Source: an uncultured Solirubrobacterales bacterium
GTDB taxonomy: Bacteria; Actinomycetota; Thermoleophilia; Solirubrobacterales; Solirubrobacteraceae
Length of the DNA: 64,000 nt
Reading direction: 5' to 3'
NCBI GenBank assembly: GCA_963743555.1
Contig: CAVUQG010000013.1
Location: forward strand, 42,125-106,124
Within the stretch, counting starts at the first letter, position 1. Every line of letters starts with the position of its first letter. A program made the position numbers and the translations under genes. The notes beneath the pieces are model-generated. The model was not told the origin of the DNA and did no database searches. It worked only from the letters and a program-made list of their open reading frames with translations. Below, one piece after another: positions 1-8,280 of the stretch.

Positions 1-1230
1 ATCACCGCCTACCTACAGGAGACGCTCTCAGGCATACGAGTGGTGCGCAGCTTCGGCCAGGAGCCGCGCCATTTGGCGCGCTTTGCCGAGCTCAACGAGG
101 ACAACTGCGACGCCAACATGGTCACCGTCAGGCTCAACGCCGCCTACTTCCCGGCGGTGGAAATGCTCTCCGGGGTGGCGATCGCCGGGATCGTGCTGTA
201 TGGCGGCTACCAGGCGATCTCCGGCAACGTCACCGCCGGCACCGTCGTCGCGTTCGTGGCGACGCTCTCCTACCTGATCGAACCGATTCAGCAGCTCTCG
301 CAGCTGTACACCACCTACCAGTCGGGCATGGCAGCCTTGGAGAAGATCTTCCAACTGCTCGACGTCGAGCCGGAACTGACCGACAAGCCGGGCGCGCCGG
401 ACCTGGAGCGCATTCGTGGCGAGCTCAGCTTCGAGGACGTCACGTTCGCCTACAAACCACGGCGCGTACGCAAGAACGTGGACAAGTCGGTCAGCGCCCC
501 TTTGGAGGCGGGGTTGCCGGCGCCGCTGGAAGCGGAGGAGGTACTGGCGCTCGAGCACATCGACCTGCAAATCCCCCCAGGCCAGACGGTCGCGCTGGTG
601 GGTGCCACCGGCGCCGGCAAGTCGACGATGGCAAAGCTCGTCGCGCGCTTCTACGACCCCACCGAAGGGCGTGTGCTCGTCGACGGCCACGACTTGCGCG
701 ATGTCTCCAGCACGTCCTTGCGCTCACAGATGGGGATCGTGCCTCAGGAGGCGTTCCTGTTCTCGGGCACGATCGCGGAGAACATCGCCTTTGGACGACC
801 TGGAGCCGAGCAGGAGCAGGTTCGCCAGGCCGCCGCCGCCGTCGGCGCCGAGGAGTTCATCGCGGAGTTGCCGCAGGGTTACGACACCGAGGTCGGCGAG
901 CGTGGTGCGCAACTGTCAGCCGGCCAGCGCCAGCTGATCGCGTTCGCGCGCGCCCTGATCGCCGACCCGCGCATCCTGATCCTCGATGAGGCGACCTCCA
1001 ATGTCGACCTGCACACCGAGGCGCGCATCGAGCAGGGTCTGCGTCGGCTGCTGGCAGGGCGCACGTCGATCGTGATCGCCCACCGGCTATCGACTATCCG
1101 GGGCGCCGGCAGGATCGTGGTGCTGGAGCACGGCAAGATCGCCGAGCAGGGCACCCATGAGGAGCTGATCGCGGCGGAGGGTCGCTACTACGACCTGTAC
1201 CGCGACTGGGCGATCCACGCGGCGGCGTAG
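1..1230 (+). CDS. ABC transporter fused permease/ATP-binding protein (MsbA/MdlB-like), 5' truncated by window edge
   Basis: TM helices, then Walker A GATGAGKS, signature LSAGQRQ, Walker B ILILDEAT and H-loop IAHRLST; frame is open from the window start. Confidence 0.93.
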   Translation: MTAYLQETLSGIRVVRSFGQEPRHLARFAELNEDNCDANMVTVRLNAAYFPAVEMLSGVAIAGIVLYGGYQAISGNVTAGTVVAFVATLSYLIEPIQQLSQLYTTYQSGMAALEKIFQLLDVEPELTDKPGAPDLERIRGELSFEDVTFAYKPRRVRKNVDKSVSAPLEAGLPAPLEAEEVLALEHIDLQIPPGQTVALVGATGAGKSTMAKLVARFYDPTEGRVLVDGHDLRDVSSTSLRSQMGIVPQEAFLFSGTIAENIAFGRPGAEQEQVRQAAAAVGAEEFIAELPQGYDTEVGERGAQLSAGQRQLIAFARALIADPRILILDEATSNVDLHTEARIEQGLRRLLAGRTSIVIAHRLSTIRGAGRIVVLEHGKIAEQGTHEELIAAEGRYYDLYRDWAIHAAA

Positions 1231-1233
1231 GAA

Positions 1234-1254
1234 ACTCCGGGACAGGGACTCGAA
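1234..1254 (-). repeat. att core (tRNA-distal end), duplicated 3' end of tRNA-Gln
   Basis: Exact match to 14318..14338, covering the T-loop to the acceptor end of the tRNA. Confidence 0.93.
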
Positions 1255-1372
1255 GCGTGGGCAAGCCTATGCCGCGATCCCCACTGTAGAGCCAAATATG
1301 GCTCCGGTACAGGCGAAACCCCCCATCCCTCAATCCGGCCGAGTCCGGTTGAATCCGGCAAGATCAGGATAC

Positions 1373-1395
1373 GACTGGCACGAGACTGGCACGAG
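1373..1395. promoter_or_regulatory. Putative integrase arm-type binding sites (GACTGGCACGA x2)
   Basis: Tandem 11-bp repeat; the CTGGCACGA motif occurs twice more at 14247..14270 at the other end of the element. Confidence 0.75.
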
Positions 1396-2616
1396 CTACG
1401 CCACCAGCTTGAGCGCCGGACCGTCAGCCAGACGCGCGAGATAGGCATCAGTCGCCGCCCTCGCCTCGTCCAGGCCGCCGGGCATCAGGTGGCCGTACGT
1501 GTCGAACGTCATCGCGATCGTGGAGTGCCCCATGATGACCGAGAGGGCCTTCGGGTTGACACCAGCGGCGATCAGCAGCGACGCGCAGGTGTGCCTCGCC
1601 TCGTGCAGCGTGAGCGGCTCCAGCGCGTCCTCGCGCGCCTTGACGTGGATCATCTTCGTGCCCGCGTCGGGGTAGTCCGGGTTCGGGACTTCCTTCCAAC
1701 CCCATGCGGCGAGCACGTTACGGCGGACCGTTTCGGGGTTGAACGGGTCCGTCGCGGTGCGGCCGAATACGAGCGCGTCGCCAGCGCGGCCGGTGCGCGC
1801 CTTGTGAGCGATCAGCGCGGCTGTCAGCGGGTCGAGGATCGGCACCTTGCGTTTGCCCGCCGCGCTCTTGGTGTCCTGCTCGCCCTCGAGCGCATCCCAG
1901 CCGCGCGAGACGTGGATCACGCGGGCCTCCAGGTCAATGTGCTTCCAGCGCAGCGCGCGCAGTTCGCCACGCCGCAGGCCGGCGTAGAACGCGGTCGCCC
2001 ACAGTGCCCGCTCATCCACATCTACGGCGGCGATGAGCACGGCGGCCTCGGCCGGGCTTGCGATGCGGTCACGCTTACCGTCAGGCCGGCGCAGCCCAGT
2101 TCCTGCGTCGGGTTGACCGTCACGCCTTCGTCGCGTCGGATCGCGCGGCGATAGATCGCCCGCAGCGGGTCGAGCGTGTTCTGTACGGTGCTCGCGCTCA
2201 GACCCTTCCGCGGTCAGCCGGTCGGCCAGCTCCTGCACGTCCGCGCGGCGCACCTCGGACAGCCGCTTGTTGCCGAGCGCCGGCAGGATGCGCTTGTTCA
2301 AGCTGACGCGGTAGCCGCGCAGCGTCGCGGGCTTGTACTCGTCCCCCGATGCCGTCGGGATCGTCTTCGCCTTCGCACCCTCCATGAACGCCTCGGCCGC
2401 CACCCTGACGGTCGTCGCAGTCGGTACCCGCAGCTCGCCGCGTCTCGTCGCCCCGAGCTTGTCGTCGCGCCACGCCTTCGCCGCCGCCCTCGTAGGGAAG
2501 TTCTGGCGCACCTTCTTGCGGTCCGCCTTCGAGTAGACCGACGCCTGCCATGGACAGTCGCAACGGCCTTTGCCGTTGCACTTGAGCCCGTGCCGTTGAT
2601 GTACTCCGGTGGCCAT
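1396..2616 (-). CDS. int: Tyrosine recombinase/integrase
   Basis: Catalytic set GLRRGE (R), TKS (K), HEARH (HxxR), MGHS (H), DTYGH (Y); compensating +1/-1 indels around 2095..2205, where the alternate frame reads GLSASTVQNTLDPLRAIYRRA. Confidence 0.95.
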   Translation of the reverse strand: MATGVHQRHGLKCNGKGRCDCPWQASVYSKADRKKVRQNFPTRAAAKAWRDDKLGATRRGELRVPTATTVRVAAEAFMEGAKAKTIPTASGDEYKPATLRGYRVSLNKRILPALGNKRLSEVRRADVQELADRLTAEGSEREHRTEHARPAAGDLSPRDPTRRRRDGQPDAGTGLRRPDGKRDRIASPAEAAVLIAAVDVDERALWATAFYAGLRRGELRALRWKHIDLEARVIHVSRGWDALEGEQDTKSAAGKRKVPILDPLTAALIAHKARTGRAGDALVFGRTATDPFNPETVRRNVLAAWGWKEVPNPDYPDAGTKMIHVKAREDALEPLTLHEARHTCASLLIAAGVNPKALSVIMGHSTIAMTFDTYGHLMPGGLDEARAATDAYLARLADGPALKLVA

Positions 2617-2747
2617 CAGAAATCACATCCAGGCGATGCGGCTGTGTACGGTGCTGATTGCATGGGAGCTCAACCTCCTGTGCCATGCCCCGGCCGCGAC
2701 AACGGCGCGGGGGCGCTTTGTAGATGCTGAGCATCCTACTCCCCCCT

Positions 2748-2981
2748 CTACACGCCCACGCTCTCGGCGTGCCGGTCGAGCCAAGCCTGCAGCTCGCTGA
2801 CCGGGATCAACTTGCGGCGCCCCAAGCGCACAAGCCGCACGTCGGGTTCGATATGCGCGCGCCAGGTATCCCAGGACACGCCCAGCGCTTCGCACGCCTG
2901 CTCGACACTGAGCGCCAGGGCGGGCGCACTCCGATTCTGGACAGTAAGGGTGGCTGCCGTACGTGACGAGATTGAGGCCAT
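2748..2981 (-). CDS. Excisionase/recombination directionality factor-like HTH protein (77 aa)
   Basis: LALSVEQACEALGVSWDTW...VRLGRRKLIPVSELQAWL is a MerR-like winged-HTH Xis pattern, directly upstream of int; start codon uncertain. Confidence 0.82.
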   Translation of the reverse strand: MASISSRTAATLTVQNRSAPALALSVEQACEALGVSWDTWRAHIEPDVRLVRLGRRKLIPVSELQAWLDRHAESVGV

Positions 2982-3064
2982 TGCGGTTACAGACCCCGAC
3001 CGGCCCGAACCGGCCATCGCATCGCGCCGGATACGGACACCTTCGCACGACCAGCGTGGAAACC

Positions 3065-3405
3065 GACCGCCTTCGGCCGTCAGTTGAACGACCCTGGGTT
3101 GCGTGCGGCCTGGCGGCCGCTTTGTGACCGAGCCTCCCACGGGTCGGCTCTTCTGCCGGACCCGGTGCCGCACGCCTACGGCCTACGGTCTGCTCCGCTG
3201 GCTGCCGGCTTACGCCCGCAGCCAGACGCGGGTCGCCGCTTACGCGTCGACCCGTCACAGCCCTTCGGCCTGCGCGCTCACCGTTCGCTGACGCTCACGG
3301 CTCGCGCGCCCGGCGCACAGCACCAAGCCCGGACAGACTAGATGCATAGCCCTGCGGGCACTGTGCGAGGACTGTGCAATCCGTTGGCCGCTCCGGGGTG
3401 CTGTG
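3065..3405. promoter_or_regulatory. Putative oriT / single-strand origin region with hairpin array
   Basis: Non-coding interval upstream of the relaxase with several similarly built hairpins, ACTGTGC direct repeats (3360..3377) and a CACAGCACC/GGTGCTGTG inverted repeat (3316..3324, 3397..3405). Confidence 0.5.
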
Positions 3406-3421
3406 GTCAGTACCCGGTGTG

Positions 3422-6066
3422 ATGACCGCGCAAAGCATCGGTGCCGGCGACGCCGTCGAATACGCCCGCTACCTGGAGTCAAAGACGATCGCCCCCGAGC
3501 TCGGGGACTACTACCTGAACCCGGATGGGGAGCCCACACAGTCGCCGGGCCGATGGCTTTCAAGCGGCGACACGCTCGCCAGGCTAGGGATCGAGGGCGA
3601 GCGAATCGAGGGCAAGGATTTCATCAAGCTGATGGAAGGTCGCCACCCCCGGAGCGGTGAGTGGCTTCGCCGGGCGGGAGCCGACGGGGGGCGCGCGGGA
3701 GGGATCGACGTCACGTTCAGCCCCCCGAAGTCGGTCTCGGCGGTGTGGGCGCTCGGGGACCGGGCGCAGCGTGCGGACATGGAGGCCGCGCACGCCGAGG
3801 CCGTCAGCGAAGCCCTAGCTCATCTCACCGAGGTGGTGCCGGTCGTGCGGCGCAGCATTGACGGGCAGCCCGTCGAGGAACCCGCCAGGGACCTGATCGC
3901 CGCGGAATACCGGCACACCACCACGCGCGGCGTGCTGGCCGGCGACCCGCCAGACCCGCAGCTGCATAGCCATATCGTGATCACGAGCGCGGTGCGAGAG
4001 GATGGGCGTATCGTCGCGGTCGGCTCCGCCCGGTCTTCAGGGCGGCTCGCGAGGTCGGCGCGTACTATCGCTCCGCGCTCGCGCACAAGCTCGCTGAGCG
4101 TGGCTATGGCATCGAGCAAGGCACCGGCAAGAGCGAGCGCTACTTCGAGATCGCCGGGGTACCACGAGGGCTACTGGACGCGTTCTCAGCGCGCAGCCGC
4201 GAGGTCGCCAGAGCAGCCGAGCGCTTCCGCGCGAAGTACGGTCGGGCACCCGAGCGCGGGGAGCTGCGCACGCTCAAGCTCGAGAACCGCAAAGCGAAGG
4301 TGCTCGTCACCCGCGGCGACCTGCAACAGACCTGGGACGGAATCGCCGGACGCTTCCACTTCACCAAAGACGACGTCGCGAAGTCGCTCACCGGCGCCCG
4401 GGGATCGCGTTCGGAGCGTGCGTTGGGGGGATCGTGTCGAAGAGCGCCTGACCGAGCGCGCCGCCACGTTCGAGCCGGGCGAGTTCCGTGCGGTGCTGCT
4501 GGAGCAGTCCGCTGGTGGGCCTTCCCCGCGCGAGGCGCTTGCGTTCTCCAAGACGATGATCGCGGAGCGTCGCGTGTTGCCGTTGGAGGGCGGGCTGATG
4601 ACGACACTCGCGGTGCGCGCCCAAGAGCAAGCGATCGAGCGGCGCTTCACCCAGCTCGCCATACCGGGAGATCGCGAGGTCGGGGAGGCCGCCCGGGCGA
4701 TAGCCAGCGATCAGGTCGCCGAGAGGATCAGCGGCCGGCTCAGCGACGAGCAGGCTCACGCGCTTCAGATCATCACCGGTCCTGAGCGGGGCGCGATCCT
4801 CGTCGGACCCGCCGGGACAGGCAAGGGCGTCGTGATCGACGCCGCCGCCAGAGCCGAGCAGCTCACCGGGCATCAGACGTTTGGTGTCGCCGTATCGTGG
4901 TCGACGGCCGAGCGCCTCGGCAGGGACAGTCCGGCGCTTGCAGAGAGCACGTTCAGCATCGACGCGCTCATCGCCCGGGTGCAGCACGGGCAGCTGACTG
5001 TCGATCAGGACACGACGATCTATCTCGACGAGGCTGGCATGGCGGATACAGCGCGCCTTGACCATCTCACCGAGATCATCGAGCGAACCGGCGCAAAGCT
5101 CGTCGCGATCGGCGACAGCGCGCAGCTCCCGTCGATCGGCGCCGGCGGCATGTTTGATCGGCTCGCCGAGATCGCGCCACGCGCGCAGCTCTCGAACATT
5201 CGCCGCACCTTGGACCCCGCTGAACAGCGCGCGTGGGCTGACCTGCGCGCCGGACGCTCCGACAAGGCGATGGCGCACTACCACGCCCGCGGCCAGCTGC
5301 ACATGGCCGACACAAGGGACGACGCGGTAGAGCACGCCGTGCAGGACTGGGCGAAGCTCACCGAGACGCATCCGATCGAGGAGGTCGCGCTGATCTCTGA
5401 TGCGTCAAACCAGGAGATCCACGGCTGAACGCTCGCGCGCAACACCTCCGTGCTCAGCGCGAGGAGCTCGGCGAGCTGGAGGTCCAGGTTCCCGGTGTGC
5501 ACTACGGCGTCCGCCAGGGCGACCGCGTAGTCATGATCGAACAGCACCGCGAGCACGGCCAAGAGCGCATCGAGAACGGCAGCCGCGGCGAAGTCCTCGA
5601 CATCACCCCCGACGGGAACGTGCTGATCGAGTTCGACATCACCGGCCGGCAGCGGACACTCACCGGCGAAGACCTCGATCGCGTCCGGCTCGGGTACGCG
5701 CAGCACATCCACCGCGCGCAGGGCGCGACCGTCACCCGCACCCTCGTCGTCACCGGCGGCTGGCAGACCAGCAAGGAGCCCGCCTACGTCGAGGCATCCC
5801 GCGCCCGCCAAGGCACCCACTGGTACGTCTCCCGCGAAGACCTCGGAACAGAAGGACACGACACCGACCGCATCCAACGACTCGCGGAGCACATGGGACG
5901 CAGCCACGCACAGACCCCATCATTGGCGCACCCCGAGCTACCCGACCGCGACTACGGGCCCCGCTTCACGCCGACGATCGCACCCAGCCGCACCAGCCGT
6001 CTACCGGGCATCGCCCGCGCGATCAACCGCATCGTCCAACCACCAACACAGGAGCGAACACGATGA
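3422..6066 (+). CDS. MOBF (TrwC-type) relaxase with C-terminal RecD-like helicase, frameshifted near 4025, 4420 and 5420
   Basis: YARYLE..DYY, DVTFSPPKSVS, HTTTR..DPQLHSH (HUH), GPAGTGKG, DEAGM, GDSAQL, and LGYAQHIHRAQGAT, spread over shifting frames. Confidence 0.92.
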
Positions 6067-6581
6067 GCCAACGACTACAGATCGTCCTACCCGACCCCGT
6101 AGCCCTCCAGCTACACGAGCTCGCCGCCGGGGCAGATACACCACCCTCCACGCTCGCCGGGCATATGGTCCGCGATGGCGTCGCGCTTGCCACCAAGGAC
6201 GGCAAGGTTCGCGCGCTCAGACCCGCACCCGTGCTCGTCGGCGGAAAGGGCAGCGACCGTGCGCCTTGGCTCGATCCCTACGGCGGCGACGCAGACTGGC
6301 GTACAGAGATGTGGGGTCAGGTCGTTGCACTACACGGCCGTTACCCCCGCCACCTCGCCGGGCTCATGGACGACTGGTGGACCGATGACTCACAGACAGA
6401 GACACTCAGCGCGCTCGCCATGTGGCGAGCAGAAATCGACGACACAGGCCAAGACCCCCGCGAAGAGCTTGCCTTCCAAAACCAGCTCACCGACTACGCC
6501 AACCTCCTACGCCAGCAAAGCGGCGGGGTCACAAAGGAATGGAAGCCCGGTGCACCGCCCGCCGAGTGGGCGGCGCAATAG
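6063..6581 (+). CDS. Hypothetical protein (172 aa) with N-terminal ribbon-helix-helix-like segment and Trp-rich C-terminal domain
   Basis: ATGA overlap with relaxase stop; MSQRLQIVLPDPVALQLHELA..PSTLAGHMVRDG fits the RHH pattern. Confidence 0.7.
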   Translation: MSQRLQIVLPDPVALQLHELAAGADTPPSTLAGHMVRDGVALATKDGKVRALRPAPVLVGGKGSDRAPWLDPYGGDADWRTEMWGQVVALHGRYPRHLAGLMDDWWTDDSQTETLSALAMWRAEIDDTGQDPREELAFQNQLTDYANLLRQQSGGVTKEWKPGAPPAEWAAQ

Positions 6582-6706
6582 CTGCGCGTTGGCCCGATAG
6601 TTACATGTTGCGCTGCCTCTGTGTCAACTGCGCGTCACACGCCCAAAGGGCGGCGGGGCTATGTACGGCCGATCTACAACTGCGCGGCGTGTGCCCCAGG
6701 CTCTCT

Positions 6707-8215
6707 TTAGCTCAGCGTGAACGACTCGCTTCGGATCGTCTCATGCTTGCCAGCTCCTCTGAGGAGCGTGAGCGTGTACTTGCCCGGTCGCAGCCGGCGC
6801 ACAGGCAATAGGCGCAGGCTCATGCGCCCGCGGGCGGTGCGGGCCGTGCCCGCCGCGTACACCACGCCGTGACGGGAGAGCGTCGCCTGCGCGGCCGTGC
6901 CAGCGGTTTCGAACTTCACGGTCCCGGAGACGAGCTTCGTCTTGCAGTGCTGCTTGCCTTTGACCTTCATGCACGTCACGAGCTCGACCTTGCCCGCGGG
7001 ACCTGCCGGACCCCGGGCGCCGGTCGGGCCGGCAGGGCCCTGTGCTCCCACTTTGCCGGCGGGACCTTCTTTGCCGAGAGAGCCTTCTTTGCCTTGCGGA
7101 CCTTCTTTCCCGGTTTCCCCATTTGTCCCGTCTGTTCCATTGGTACCGTTGCAGAGGTACGCGGTATGCCCCCCTGCTGTCACTTCGACGCCACCGCCTG
7201 GGCAACCGTGCTCATTTCCAGCAAACGGAGTGACGGACGGCTGTTCGGCTTCCTTGACGAACACCGCGGTAACTTCGCTCCTCGCGGGCGGCGTGATTTC
7301 GCAGGCGCCCAACAGGATTCGTTCGCAGCCCAGCCAGCCAGCGAACAGGTAGCCGGGCTTAGGCGTGGCCGAGAGGGTCACAGGGCTTTCGTTTTCGAAT
7401 ACGTGAAAGCACTGTTCGGTTTCGCACGCAATCCCGAAGGGGCTTGATTCCACCTCGCCTTCGCCCGTCAAATGCACAGTCAACGCGACACCCCCGTGCG
7501 TCGTGAAGGAGATCGGCCCATAGGTTGTCGTTTCGCTGACCGTGGTCACCACGAGGCAGAGCGCATAGGTCGTATCGGGTGTGAGGCCAAAGCCGCGTTC
7601 GCTGACGGTTTCGTCCGGTTCGCCGTTGGAAACGGCGTAATGGGTTTCCGTCCCGCCCACGCAAGATGTCCCTGGCTTGTAAAGGAAGTGGTAGGGCCAC
7701 GGTTCGTGCGTCCCCGCTTCACCTTGCGGGCGCAGCACCGCCTGAAAGTTTGCTTCGGCGGCGCCGACCGGGTGTTGCACGGACAGTTCGGGCGCTCCCG
7801 GAGCTCCGAGCGTTTTGAACGTCTCTTCGTTCCCAGACGTTTCGCCGTTATGGAACGCGACGACGCAGAAGTGGTACACGCTGGAGGGTTGCAGGTTTCT
7901 CGCGGTTGTCTTGACCGGGATCGCTTGGCCGTCAAGCGGCCCTTCACCGCCGACAGTATTGCCTTCGTGGCAGGAGGTGCCACCCGGGTTGCTCAGAAAC
8001 ATCTCCCAGGTCACTTCGGCGGAGGTGTGTGGGTTCAGCTCCCCTTCCAGCGTCGCTGATTCTGCGGTGACTTCCGTGGCCGGGGTCAGTGTGACCGGAG
8101 CTTCCGGGCCGGTCGCCAGGGCAGGGTCGGCTGAGAAGGCCAGTGCGGCGAGCAGCGCGCACACCGACGCCAGGACGGCAAGGACAGGACGTGAGACGGC
8201 GACTCGACGCGACAC
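6707..8215 (-). CDS. Secreted beta-sandwich repeat protein with collagen-like linker and conserved C-terminal domain
   Basis: Signal peptide ending ADPALA, two FN3-like modules, InlB-B-like VTLSATPKPGYLFAGW, 18 Gly-X-Y triplets, C-terminal domain shared with the next gene. Confidence 0.85.
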   Translation of the reverse strand: MSRRVAVSRPVLAVLASVCALLAALAFSADPALATGPEAPVTLTPATEVTAESATLEGELNPHTSAEVTWEMFLSNPGGTSCHEGNTVGGEGPLDGQAIPVKTTARNLQPSSVYHFCVVAFHNGETSGNEETFKTLGAPGAPELSVQHPVGAAEANFQAVLRPQGEAGTHEPWPYHFLYKPGTSCVGGTETHYAVSNGEPDETVSERGFGLTPDTTYALCLVVTTVSETTTYGPISFTTHGGVALTVHLTGEGEVESSPFGIACETEQCFHVFENESPVTLSATPKPGYLFAGWLGCERILLGACEITPPARSEVTAVFVKEAEQPSVTPFAGNEHGCPGGGVEVTAGGHTAYLCNGTNGTDGTNGETGKEGPQGKEGSLGKEGPAGKVGAQGPAGPTGARGPAGPAGKVELVTCMKVKGKQHCKTKLVSGTVKFETAGTAAQATLSRHGVVYAAGTARTARGRMSLRLLPVRRLRPGKYTLTLLRGAGKHETIRSESFTLS

Positions 8216-8280
8216 TACGAAACCCCCTGAAATGAGCCCAATTGGCTAGGCATGATGGACAATCGACACTGCGCCGAGCT

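Noticed and set aside
3374-6581. Programmed frameshifting in the relaxase, or a relaxase-RHH fusion (ORF 5400..6581)
   Set aside because: No slippery site is evident, similar indels hit housekeeping genes, and the ATGA overlap at 6063 indicates a separate gene.
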